A stretch of DNA of 62,929 nucleotides, the filler included, from an uncultured Chlamydiae bacterium (GTDB lineage: Bacteria > Chlamydiota > Chlamydiia > Chlamydiales > SM23-39), in assembly GCA_937899275.1 (NCBI GenBank). It is 9 parts of 9 records of this genome, joined end to end, with 100 filler letters (N's around TTAATTAATTAA, not from the genome) between each part and the next. Parts side by side here need not be neighbours in the genome. Positions count along the whole stretch, not along the records: positions 25,974 to 35,896 come from CALBPE010000009.1; positions 35,997 to 62,929 come from CALBPE010000010.1; 7 more parts are not named here. One strand, written 5' to 3'. Positions 29,595-39,181 of this stretch are shown piece after piece. Each line of letters opens with the position of its first letter. Positions within the stretch are counted from its first letter, which is position 1. Both the position numbers and the translations under genes were made by a program. The notes under the pieces were generated by a model that worked only from the letters and a program-made list of their open reading frames with translations, had not been told where the DNA came from and did not search any database.

Positions 29595-30061
29595 TCTATT
29601 TTTCGGATTTTTCTAGCTAATTTTTCTAAATCCCGGTCATCTGCCCGGATATAATCGTGTGATGACACATACCCCTCATACTTAGAAAAATAGAGATCTA
29701 AGTGCGAGGTCATAGCGGTCCATTGCACCCCTTTTTTTGTGCCGTGTAGCGGTATGATTTTAATATGAGCGTGATTTACACCTAGTCCCTCAGCAATGAT
29801 CGCACATCTACCTACTTGCAGTTTTTCTTCTAGAAGTTTCGATACTTCTTTGCCAGCGGCAAATAGCCCTTGGTATACCTTTTCCTCCAGATCAAACAGA
29901 TAACTGGGATAGTGCTCTTTTGGCGCAACAACAGTAAAACCTTCGGTATTGGGAAAAATCGATAAAAAGGCCAAGTAGTCGGCATTTTCCCAGATGATGT
30001 GGGCGGGGACTTCTTTACAAATGATTTTACAAAAAATGCAATCAGAAGGGCTGTTACTCAT
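29591..30061 (-). CDS. HIT family nucleotide hydrolase
   Basis: DCIFCKII, AFLSIFPNTEGFTVVAPKEH, NHAHIKIIPLHG. Confidence 0.9.
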   Translation of the reverse strand: MSNSPSDCIFCKIICKEVPAHIIWENADYLAFLSIFPNTEGFTVVAPKEHYPSYLFDLEEKVYQGLFAAGKEVSKLLEEKLQVGRCAIIAEGLGVNHAHIKIIPLHGTKKGVQWTAMTSHLDLYFSKYEGYVSSHDYIRADDRDLEKLARKIRKID

Positions 30062-30178
30062 ATCTTTACCAATAAAAGCTTTCCTGCCTTTACGTACAGA
30101 ATATCTAGAAAAGGTCAGGGGGGAAGTTTTTTTTAATCGCCGTTCAAGTTATACTACCTCTTGTACTAAGGAGATATC

Positions 30179-31258
30179 GTGGATCCAATCAATGACACGC
30201 CAAAAGATACATCTTTTGTTATTTCTGCTGATTGGGCGTTTTCTTTGGCTAATCCCGAGCTGAGCATCCTGCAAATTTTTGTAAGCGCTTTACTAGTAGA
30301 TTCTTCATTAGAAAACCCTCCTCCTTTGGCCACCTTATCTGGAAGAATGACTAGCCTATCCCCAAAACAGATGAAAGGGGTGGTATTGATCCACCGGCTG
30401 CTTTGCGCAGCAGCCCAAGCAAAACTTGGGCTTGTTATTGGGGAAATTTCTTCTACTGTAACAGAAAAAACCCCTGAAACCGCTTCTTCTTCAGTCTTTA
30501 ACAGGCAAGAAAAGAGCCCATCAGATCAAAAGAGCCCATCAAATCAAAAGAGCTTAGTACAAAAAACGCCTTTTTCTTCCTCTAATTCCAAAGCGCAGCT
30601 AAACGAAGCGCAACTTGAAACTTTAGAATCAGAAAATCCAACTGATCGATTGATCCGCAATTTTCCAACTGTTCCTAAAGTGTCAAAAGAAAACCCTTCT
30701 TTAGAAAAGCCTCCATTTTTTTCCAAAGATCCAGCTTCAAAAGAACAAACCACCCATTCTAAAGCACCTACGCGCGCCCACTCTTTAGCTAAGCTAGACA
30801 GCATGAAAGCTATGCAAGAACTAGTAAGAGGGGGGTATGATCTTTCCAAAGTATTGGATGACCCAGACGCTTTGCTGCAACGCTTAGTTGATCTTGCTTG
30901 CATGAAAGAAGAGCCTTCCTTAGAAAAAGAGCTGGCCAATTGGAAAACAGTGCAAACGAAAAATTCTTCTTATGAAAACGCTACTTTTTCCCGTGAAAAT
31001 CCATCTAGTAGGTCTACTTTTATACAAGAGGCGAAATACCTTGCTAAAACAGAAGGTCTTTTCAACTCTTCACTCAAAAACCCTTCTCCCACAACCCAAG
31101 AGCCCTCTACCAAGGTAGATGAGCGCTTTTCTCAAGCGCTTCCTTTCCTTCGTCCCTTTCGCTTTAGAAAAAGCTCTTCTAGAAAAAAAGCCCAAGAAAA
31201 ATTCTTCCAAGAAGATTCTACTGAGCAAGAACACTGCGAAGATAAAGAAAATATTTGA
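30179..31258 (+). CDS. Hypothetical Ser/Pro/Glu/Lys-rich protein
   Basis: 359-aa ORF with AAGGAG RBS; mostly low complexity; QKSPS(D/N) repeat. Confidence 0.65.
   Translation: MDPINDTPKDTSFVISADWAFSLANPELSILQIFVSALLVDSSLENPPPLATLSGRMTSLSPKQMKGVVLIHRLLCAAAQAKLGLVIGEISSTVTEKTPETASSSVFNRQEKSPSDQKSPSNQKSLVQKTPFSSSNSKAQLNEAQLETLESENPTDRLIRNFPTVPKVSKENPSLEKPPFFSKDPASKEQTTHSKAPTRAHSLAKLDSMKAMQELVRGGYDLSKVLDDPDALLQRLVDLACMKEEPSLEKELANWKTVQTKNSSYENATFSRENPSSRSTFIQEAKYLAKTEGLFNSSLKNPSPTTQEPSTKVDERFSQALPFLRPFRFRKSSSRKKAQEKFFQEDSTEQEHCEDKENI
30510..30553 (+). repeat. 18-bp coding tandem repeat x2.4
   Basis: AAAAGAGCCCATCAGATC-AAAAGAGCCCATCAAATC-AAAAGAGC. Confidence 0.8.
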
Positions 31259-31315
31259 AAAAAAACAATAAACACATAGAATCGCACTCTTTTTTCTAAT
31301 CAAAGAGGTTTTTTT

Positions 31316-33130
31316 ATGGGTTGTCTCACGGGTTTAAGCTCTTGTTGTAGCGCAGTTTTTAAGTGTTGTCCTGAAGAATGTTGTCCTGAAATCAAGACAG
31401 AGTGCGCCTTATGTTCTTGTTGTGATTATAACAGCAATATTGTGGCCGAAAAGCATGATACGCACTACTGTGAAGGATGTTGCAGCGGCTTTGTCGGCTG
31501 TTGTGTGGTCATCAATGATGTGGGTGACAAAATTAAAGAAGCTGAAAACCAGCTCAAAACGGCTCCTAGAAATGAGATCTCTATTTCAAGAGGGGAAGAC
31601 CGGGTTCCTTTACTCGCAGAAATCAATCGTATTGCCCAAAAAGTTTTTCCCGATCAAAAAGATGCTTCTGATGAAGTCATGAAAAACCGTTATGATAATA
31701 TATATAAACCTCTTGTCGGCGCTTATGATGTAGATATTGAGAAATTAGGAGAACACACTAGAAACAACGTATTTACGCTTTTTCACTTAATTCGAGGTGA
31801 TAATTTAAAAAGAACAGCTTTAGCTCAAGAAAAACCAAAAGAGTGGAAAAAAGTGCTGCAACTAGAGCTCTATATTTTTGCGGAGGATTTACCTTGGTCT
31901 TTTTCTGATGAGAAGTCAAAAACTGTATACAATAACTCCCCAAGTGCAGTGCGCCTCCAAGGGGTTAGTGAATCTACAGCGCAGATTTTGATAGAAAACC
32001 GCGAGAAAATCGCCCGCGCCCGATTGATATCGGAGCTCGATAGAGAAGTGATTTTCGCTTTACTGCGCGTAGCTATCGCCAATTCTTCAGATAAAGAAGG
32101 CGGCAATCCTCTTTACCCTCTATGGGAAGAGTCCTTCAAAGCAGAGGATGTATCTAAAACGATACGGAAAATTAAATCCGAGAGAAAAGAAGCTATTCGC
32201 GCTAAGCAATCTAACCGGGCCGGTTTAAGGATTTTGCATCAAGCAGGCGCTGCGTTGATACCCCCAAATTATCGTAAGACAGCACAAAAACAAAAAAACG
32301 AAACAGGTATATTTAGTTGTTTTACATCCTGTTGCTGCTTTACAGTGACCCCAGACAAGCAAATCAAAAAGGTGCAAAGGCAGTTGACAACGCTTCCTGT
32401 AGCTGAGCCTGAGCCTTCTGCTTCAAAATCTAGCCACGCTCCTGTTTCTTTATTAGAGGAGACGGACCTGATCGCAAAAGCGCTTTTTCCTAGAGATGAA
32501 GAATCGAAGCAAAAAACCATCGAAAAACATCGTTTTAGAACGGTTTACGGCCCCTTTGCCTACGGTGAGGTTGGAACTACACAAAAACTAAGTAAAAGAA
32601 AAGAAAAAACAAGACAGGAGAATTTAGGAAAAAATATCCGACAAAACGTATTTTCTTTATTTTTGGCCTGTAAAAAAGAGAACTTAAGCATAGCAGGATT
32701 AGGTAAGAGGTTCCCCGATAAGATTTCGAAAGGAATACAACTCAAACTAGCAACAAAAGACGGCGATGTGTACCTAAATATTGGCTCTACGCAAAGAGCA
32801 AGGCTTTTAATAGAGAATATATCAAAAATTGCTGAAGCAAATTTACTATCGGATATCGATGACCGAAGGGTTATATTGGCGTTGTTGTGGGCCGCTAAGG
32901 CAAATTCTTCAGATAAAGACGCCAATAATGCGCTGCGCTTTCTGTGGAAAAAATTGAAGGCGGACGATGTGTCAAGGGCAGGTACTCGAATAGAAGAACC
33001 TAATGAAGAGGATAAGAAAATGGCTAGAATCAGCAGCGCACATTCGCCGCCGTTGTCTCCAGCATCACCAGAAGCGATTAAACTTATCACAGAAAAAGAA
33101 GAAAAAAAACAGACACCTGATATGGAATAA
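31316..33130 (+). CDS. Hypothetical protein with Cys-rich MGC N-terminus and two tandem homologous domains
   Basis: 604-aa ORF with GAGG RBS; 16 Cys in the first 63 aa; internal duplication (e.g. ANSSDKE/ANSSDKD, RNNVFTLF/RQNVFSLF). Confidence 0.75.
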   Translation: MGCLTGLSSCCSAVFKCCPEECCPEIKTECALCSCCDYNSNIVAEKHDTHYCEGCCSGFVGCCVVINDVGDKIKEAENQLKTAPRNEISISRGEDRVPLLAEINRIAQKVFPDQKDASDEVMKNRYDNIYKPLVGAYDVDIEKLGEHTRNNVFTLFHLIRGDNLKRTALAQEKPKEWKKVLQLELYIFAEDLPWSFSDEKSKTVYNNSPSAVRLQGVSESTAQILIENREKIARARLISELDREVIFALLRVAIANSSDKEGGNPLYPLWEESFKAEDVSKTIRKIKSERKEAIRAKQSNRAGLRILHQAGAALIPPNYRKTAQKQKNETGIFSCFTSCCCFTVTPDKQIKKVQRQLTTLPVAEPEPSASKSSHAPVSLLEETDLIAKALFPRDEESKQKTIEKHRFRTVYGPFAYGEVGTTQKLSKRKEKTRQENLGKNIRQNVFSLFLACKKENLSIAGLGKRFPDKISKGIQLKLATKDGDVYLNIGSTQRARLLIENISKIAEANLLSDIDDRRVILALLWAAKANSSDKDANNALRFLWKKLKADDVSRAGTRIEEPNEEDKKMARISSAHSPPLSPASPEAIKLITEKEEKKQTPDME

Positions 33131-33189
33131 TTTGACTATTTAATAAAATAATCATTTAATAAAAATAAAAGCACTTAATATATAATCTA

Positions 33190-33849
33190 ATGAAAATAAA
33201 AGGGAAGTTTTTCATTTTTTTGTTTTTTCTTTGCTCTTGTGCAAGATCTCCTCTAGTAACTGGGATAGAGGCGGACGACAACCTATATCAGCTCACTTTT
33301 GTACAACTAGGGATGACGCATCAAGAAATCCTACATATTATGGGCGATCCTTATCATATCAACCATACAGAACTGCAACAAAAGCCCTATGAGATATGGT
33401 ACTACGTAACAAGTGGCCTTCAAATTGCACAGTTATATTACCATGAGAAAAATTTCACACCGCTGATTTTTCAAAATGGCGTGTTGAAGGGTATAGGATA
33501 TCCCGCTTTAAAGAACCTTGAAGAAGATCCTAGGTTGAAAAGAAAACAAGAATACTACAACCGGGTACGGTCTAGAAAGCCGGTTTATGAGCCTTTAAAA
33601 AAAGAACATGGGTTTGTGCCTCCACCGCCCTATGAAAAAACCGATGAAGCGCATCTGAAAGATCCTTTTTCTAAAGCTGTGCAAAAACAGAAACCGATGT
33701 CCTTTCCCAGTCCAGATGAAAAAAAAGTTCCAATTGAGACAAAAAACCCTCGTGGTGCGGAACCAAAACCACAAAATAACTCATCTAGTAAACCAAAAGA
33801 CTCTGGTGCAAAAAAATCTGATGAAACGATTTATCAATGGCAAGGTTAA
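33190..33849 (+). CDS. Lipoprotein, SmpA/BamE-like (DUF3192-like) domain
   Basis: FLCSC lipobox, QLGMTHQEILHIMGDP, EIWYYVT, TPLIFQNGVLKGIG. Confidence 0.7.
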   Translation: MKIKGKFFIFLFFLCSCARSPLVTGIEADDNLYQLTFVQLGMTHQEILHIMGDPYHINHTELQQKPYEIWYYVTSGLQIAQLYYHEKNFTPLIFQNGVLKGIGYPALKNLEEDPRLKRKQEYYNRVRSRKPVYEPLKKEHGFVPPPPYEKTDEAHLKDPFSKAVQKQKPMSFPSPDEKKVPIETKNPRGAEPKPQNNSSSKPKDSGAKKSDETIYQWQG

Positions 33850-34035
33850 CCTGTGTTTATATTTTTTTGTGAACAGCAATCTTTATAGAAATTATTTTTA
33901 ACAATTTTTATATAAAAATATTAATAAGTATAATTTTAATCCCATTTACTTTTATATAAAAATATAGTTAATTATGTTGATATAAATAAAATGTTTTTTT
34001 ATTATATTAAAGTGTAATAAAAAGGAGGTTTAGTT

Positions 34036-34335
34036 ATGTTTGCTATACCATTACCAGAAAATCAGGCAGCACAAGTAGTGCATGTCGTGCAACATCCCGC
34101 GCCGCAACCACAAGCAAAAAAAAAGTCTTTTTTTGAGCGCAGTCTTACAGAACAGGTGAGAATTGTAGCCGTCAGCGCGCTCATTTTAGTAGCTGCAGTA
34201 TCCGCCCTGATTACAGGGGCAACCGAGGGGTTTTTGGTCATTGCTATGACGGTGACGATTATTTCCTCGTTATTTGAATCCGAAGTCAGGAAAGTAAGGA
34301 CAAGCGTTGGAGGTCTAGAACTCCAGGTAGAATGA
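34036..34335 (+). CDS. Small Inc-like protein
   Basis: AGGAGG RBS; VRIVAVSALILVAAVSALITGATEGFLVIAMTVTIISSLF bilobed hydrophobic domain. Confidence 0.6.
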   Translation: MFAIPLPENQAAQVVHVVQHPAPQPQAKKKSFFERSLTEQVRIVAVSALILVAAVSALITGATEGFLVIAMTVTIISSLFESEVRKVRTSVGGLELQVE

Positions 34336-34463
34336 TGTAAACGCATACTGCGTAAGTAGAATGGTTCATCAAGTTGAAATTTCACTTCGAATCGACGAAA
34401 TGTCATTTATCTTCTTTCAAATAATTTTTTTATTTGATAGGGTATTCAAAAAATTTTATCAGC

Positions 34464-35243
34464 ATGGCGTCTTTATCCTCAGCGACTTTGTCCCATATTT
34501 CCGTTCTAATGCGGGATTATCCGATCATTTCACTAAGATACGACAAAAATGATCAGCCTCTATATTATCAACCTGTTCAGTTAGAGTTTTCTACTCGAGA
34601 AGTCATCAACATCGATGCACTTGCAAGGCAGATATTAGATACAGTACACGCTTTTTTAGAATCAGATGAGCCCAGAGATATTGCACAAGCCCAGATGTAT
34701 GTGCACATCATCACTGAATACTTTGAAGAACAGTACGCCCATAAAAAAGAATTTGGCGCAGGAATTTTCTTCATTCTTTGGGAATCTGTAAAATATATAA
34801 TCGATTATATTCTCTCTTTTTTTCGGACGTATTGCTTTTCTCCTGTTTACTATTTACAAGGGCTGATTTCTAGAAAAGTGAAATCGCTGTCTATACATGA
34901 AAAAGAGAAAATATCGCAGAGGATAGATAGAGAATTAAATGACAGAAAGGCCGTTCCGATTGCAAGCTCAAAACTGGCAAGTCGGAAACATGTGACTATT
35001 TGCGGTTCATCTTTTCACAACAACAAAGATAACTCTAGACAAAGAACAATGTCAGAATACTCAGACAGCAGGGAAAGTGCACACACTGCAATCTCCGAGG
35101 CTAGGATAACTCTTGCCGGTGCAGGTATTCCGAAGGAAGAGGCTTGTCAATTAGCCGAACAATTACAGAAATTTGCAGGGGGAGACTCAAAATCCACTTT
35201 AGCTGCTCTGGATGATTTTGGAAGTAGCTCTGGATCTATCTGA
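34464..35243 (+). CDS. Hypothetical protein
   Basis: Open frame from MASLSSATLS; central hydrophobic or amphipathic stretch. Confidence 0.55.
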   Translation: MASLSSATLSHISVLMRDYPIISLRYDKNDQPLYYQPVQLEFSTREVINIDALARQILDTVHAFLESDEPRDIAQAQMYVHIITEYFEEQYAHKKEFGAGIFFILWESVKYIIDYILSFFRTYCFSPVYYLQGLISRKVKSLSIHEKEKISQRIDRELNDRKAVPIASSKLASRKHVTICGSSFHNNKDNSRQRTMSEYSDSRESAHTAISEARITLAGAGIPKEEACQLAEQLQKFAGGDSKSTLAALDDFGSSSGSI

Positions 35244-35472
35244 TTTTCCCAATTAGGAAAAAGACCATACGGCGTTTTTATAAGGATAAATATGTCTCGA
35301 ATCGCTTTTTTTGCTTTGATGCAACATAATAAACATTATCAGACGTTCTGATCCAATACAGATACGTTCTCATGGTTTTAGTTTGAGGTCATGCTTCTCT
35401 TTAATTGTTTAGGAAGTTAAGAGAATGCGACCGCAAACCTTTTGCTCAATAGCTGAAATCTTCTCATTTTAA

Positions 35473-35896
35473 TCAAAAAGCCCTGGGTATTTTGGAGGGA
35501 CGAATATAACCAAGCATTCTAGCACAAATCCTAGAGCAGATAGGAGCGATAAGCGATGGATCGCCGTTTTTTATTTCTGCGCCTTGGAACTTTTCAGATT
35601 TTTCTGAAGATAAGTCGTTCTCTATTCTTTTCGCAAGGTATTTCGTAACGGCTGTAATCCCTAAAACACGTATAAGATAATCTATGCTACGCATAGAGAT
35701 ATCATCCCTGTTTATATGCATTGGGGTCATTGCCTGTAGAAGAAATACGCCGTCACCTTCAAATGAAGCTAATGGTCGGTAATACCCTCCCGCATTGAGT
35801 AATCCTGCATAAAACTCATGGGTATGCGTATCTCCGCTCATATTTTCAGGCACCATACCGGAATGCATAGCCTTTAAGTAGATCTGATCAGCGAAT
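35473..35896 (-). CDS. Hypothetical protein, 5' truncated
   Basis: Frame open to linker; no recognised motif. Confidence 0.4.
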
Positions 35897-36026
35897 NNNN
35901 NNNNNNNNNNNNNNNNNNNNNNNNNNNNNNNNNNNNNNNNTTAATTAATTAANNNNNNNNNNNNNNNNNNNNNNNNNNNNNNNNNNNNNNNNNNNNTTCA
36001 CAAATTACCTATATAAAGAAATCGAG

Positions 36027-37214
36027 TTATCGGAGTATGCCTACCTGTTCTAGCGCCCTTTCTAAGGCGGAAATAGCGGTTTCTAATTGCGCTTTTGTAT
36101 GCGCTGCAGACATTTGAAAGCGGATTCTAGGGCTTTCTTTTGGGACCACAGGATAGGAAAAAGCCACAGCATAGACGCCAAAGTTGTATAGTTGATTTGC
36201 TACATCCAAAGCAATATTTGCACTAGGAAAAATCGCAGGAATAATCGGATGCGTCCCTGGCATCACATCGAGTCCAAGCTTAGACAAAGATGCTCGAAAA
36301 AATGCAGCGTTATCCCATAGTCTTTTACGCCTTTCAGGCTCGTTTTTAGACTTATTTACAGCGCAAATGGACGCTGCTGCAATAGAGGGGGTAATCGCAT
36401 TGGAAAATAGGTAGGGCCTTGCTTTTTGCCGCAAAAGAGAGATGCATTCTTTTTTGCCGGCAATAAAGCCTCCTGAAGCGCCTCCAAGAGCTTTGCCATA
36501 CGTGCCTGTAATGAGATCTACTTCCTTTAAAACCTCTTCTTTTTCGTGGGTGCCTCTGCCATGCTCTCCTAGGATCCCTGTTGCATGACAGTCATCTACC
36601 ATCACAAGAGAGTCGTATTTCTTGGCTAAGTAGACGATTTCTTTTAAAGGAGCTATGCTGCCATCCATAGAAAATACCCCATCTGTGACGATGATTTTTC
36701 TTCTAGCATAGTGCGCTTTTTTCAAGAGATCTTCTAAGTCTTGCATATTGCGATGTCGATAACGAAACCGTTCTGCTTTACAAAGACGAATACCATCGAT
36801 AATACTTGCATGGTTTAACTGATCGGAAAAAATGGCATCTTCTTTACCTAAAAGCGCTTCAAAAATCCCTCCATTAGCATCAAAACAAGAGGGAAAAACA
36901 ATGGCATCTTCTTTTTGGACATAGGATGCAGTAACCGCTTCTAATTCTTTATGCAGCGCATGCGTGCCGCAGATAAAGCGGACAGAAGACATGCCGAAAC
37001 CATAAAGATCTAGCGCATCTTTTGCGGTTTTAATGATATCTGGATGATTAGAAAGGCCTAAGTAGTTATTTGAGCATAAATTGATTAAATCTTTTTTTTC
37101 CTCGGTAGATACGCTACCATCTTGAGGAGAAATCAGAAACTTTTCCTCTTTATATAAACCCTCTTTTTTGAGGTGATCCAGCTCTTCTTGGATCGTTTCA
37201 TACAGATCTTTCAT
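36027..37214 (-). CDS. kbl: Glycine C-acetyltransferase (2-amino-3-ketobutyrate CoA ligase)
   Basis: NLCSNNYLGL, SSVRFICGT, SCFDANGG, NHASIIDG, VDDCHATG, TYGKALGGASGG, RIRFQMSAAH. Confidence 0.93.
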   Translation of the reverse strand: MKDLYETIQEELDHLKKEGLYKEEKFLISPQDGSVSTEEKKDLINLCSNNYLGLSNHPDIIKTAKDALDLYGFGMSSVRFICGTHALHKELEAVTASYVQKEDAIVFPSCFDANGGIFEALLGKEDAIFSDQLNHASIIDGIRLCKAERFRYRHRNMQDLEDLLKKAHYARRKIIVTDGVFSMDGSIAPLKEIVYLAKKYDSLVMVDDCHATGILGEHGRGTHEKEEVLKEVDLITGTYGKALGGASGGFIAGKKECISLLRQKARPYLFSNAITPSIAAASICAVNKSKNEPERRKRLWDNAAFFRASLSKLGLDVMPGTHPIIPAIFPSANIALDVANQLYNFGVYAVAFSYPVVPKESPRIRFQMSAAHTKAQLETAISALERALEQVGILR

Positions 37215-38493
37215 GAATATCCTTGGCGTTTAGGGTTGAAGGGGCGGTTTCTTCCATACAAAATCCCTTTTCTCCCTCACTTTTTGCAACAAGTACTGCA
37301 CACGCGCCGTCTCCATAAATATTGACAGTGGTTCTAGCCATATCCATGAAACGCTCTGCTGCAATAAATAATCCGATACCTTCTGGAGGAAGCCCCATCG
37401 CTTGTAAGATGATCATGGTAGCTACAAGGCTTCCTGCGGGTATTCCTGCAACGCCCATAGAAGCAATGAGCGCTAAAAAAAGCACGCCAAATTGCATGGG
37501 TAAAGAAAGGTCTATTCCATAGGCTTGAGCCACAAAAATCGCAGCGACGCATTCATAAAGGGCAGATCCCGATAGGTTAATTGATATACCAAGAGGCACA
37601 ATCAACCTTGTAACTTTGGAAGAGACCCCTACGTTTTTTTCTACGCAGTCCATAGTAATCGGGATGGACGCAGAAGAAGAACTAGTCATGCAAGCGGTAA
37701 ATAGGGCAGGGCTCATCGCCTTCATATATTTCCAAGGATCTACTTTCGCATAGATATAGAGTAAGATAGGCATCACTACAAACATAAAGCTTGCAAGGCC
37801 TAAGCTTACGGTACACATAAAAAGAATCAGCGGTTTAATAGAAGTTTCTCCCAATTGGAAAAAAGCGTGCGCAGTGAGGCAAAATATTCCGAAAGGAAGA
37901 AAAGATAACACCATGGAAGAAAGCTCTACCATCGCCTGAAATATCCCTTCAAAAAATCCAATTAGATGCTCTTGATTTTTTTTGTCTACTTTAGTAATCG
38001 CAATACCTAAAAGGAGACTAAAAATAATCAAAGGAACCATCTGTCCATCAACCATTGCCTGAAAAATATTCTTAGGAATCAGCATAAATACCCAATCGCT
38101 CATTTGAGAGAAAGGAGTTTTTATCTCCGTTAGATTTTCCTGCGTAGTACGCATAAGATCTAGGTCGTATGCTTTTCCAGGTTGAATGATATTGACAAAG
38201 ACTAGACCTAAAAAAAGCGCAACCAAGGTAGTGCCAAAGTAACACAGTGCTGTTTTGCCGCCTAGCCTTCGAAACGAGCTATCTGCGCCTAACTTAGCCA
38301 TAGAAGCGATAATGGACGATAACACCAAAGGCATTACAAGCGCTGTTAATGCGCGTAAAAACAAAGACCCGAGCCAATCTAACTGGACAAATATATAAGT
38401 GGGAAAACTATCTGGGTAGAGCCTGCCAACACCAGCTAGGAGAAAGGCTGAAAATAAGGCAAAAAAAATGCTATAACTTTGTGGCTTTTTCAT
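37198..38493 (-). CDS. Dicarboxylate/amino acid:cation symporter (DAACS)
   Basis: TSSSSASIP, PLGISINLSGSALYE, GVAGIP, DMARTTVNIYGD. Confidence 0.92.
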   Translation of the reverse strand: MKKPQSYSIFFALFSAFLLAGVGRLYPDSFPTYIFVQLDWLGSLFLRALTALVMPLVLSSIIASMAKLGADSSFRRLGGKTALCYFGTTLVALFLGLVFVNIIQPGKAYDLDLMRTTQENLTEIKTPFSQMSDWVFMLIPKNIFQAMVDGQMVPLIIFSLLLGIAITKVDKKNQEHLIGFFEGIFQAMVELSSMVLSFLPFGIFCLTAHAFFQLGETSIKPLILFMCTVSLGLASFMFVVMPILLYIYAKVDPWKYMKAMSPALFTACMTSSSSASIPITMDCVEKNVGVSSKVTRLIVPLGISINLSGSALYECVAAIFVAQAYGIDLSLPMQFGVLFLALIASMGVAGIPAGSLVATMIILQAMGLPPEGIGLFIAAERFMDMARTTVNIYGDGACAVLVAKSEGEKGFCMEETAPSTLNAKDIHERSV

Positions 38494-38676
38494 TAGGTTA
38501 ATTCCAATATACTAGAGAGAATTTTAGAAAAATCCGAGAAAGATTACTAGAAAAAAGATATTTTTACAAAGGGGAGGATGCATTAGAAAAAAGCCAATGC
38601 GTTACATGTATGTTCAAAAAAATTTACCTCTTTCAAGAGTCTAATTTTTGAAGATACCGATCGTGAAGTATTTATT

Positions 38677-39144
38677 TTAGCCTTTGTAAGATGGATGGTC
38701 TGCTAGGTTTAGGTGCCCAAATCTTTCAGTCCCGAACGTTCTGTTTAGTGGGTCTTCTCCTTCGTTAGTAACGCGAGCTGTATCCACTGGATTTGGTACC
38801 CAAAAATGATATCCAAAAAGAACGTATTGTGGCTTAGAAATGAACTGAGCGGAGTTCTTCTGGTCTGTATCTACTAAATATTCTATTGTTGATTGAATCA
38901 TGTAGTAAGACAAACCAAGCGTCACAAGAGAAGCAACAAAGGCTAACCCAGATATAACGGGTAGGACGCACCAAGATATTGCGGAAATTAATAAAGACAA
39001 GCGAGCGGCAGTATTTATTACAATCCAATTATTAACTGCTTTGCAGGTTTTGTTGGCAGAGTCAGGATCTCCAAGATATGCTGTTTGGTTGACATTTAAA
39101 AATGAGATTTCTGAGTTAGTAGTAATTTTAATTGAAGATGCCAT
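38677..39144 (-). CDS. Inc-like hypothetical protein (paralog B)
   Basis: LSLLISAISWCVLPVISGLAFVASLVTLGLSYYMI bilobed hydrophobic domain; Ser/Thr-rich N-terminus. Confidence 0.6.
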   Translation of the reverse strand: MASSIKITTNSEISFLNVNQTAYLGDPDSANKTCKAVNNWIVINTAARLSLLISAISWCVLPVISGLAFVASLVTLGLSYYMIQSTIEYLVDTDQKNSAQFISKPQYVLFGYHFWVPNPVDTARVTNEGEDPLNRTFGTERFGHLNLADHPSYKG

Positions 39145-39181
39145 AGTAATTTAAATTTTTGTTAGTTTAGGTTTATTCATC

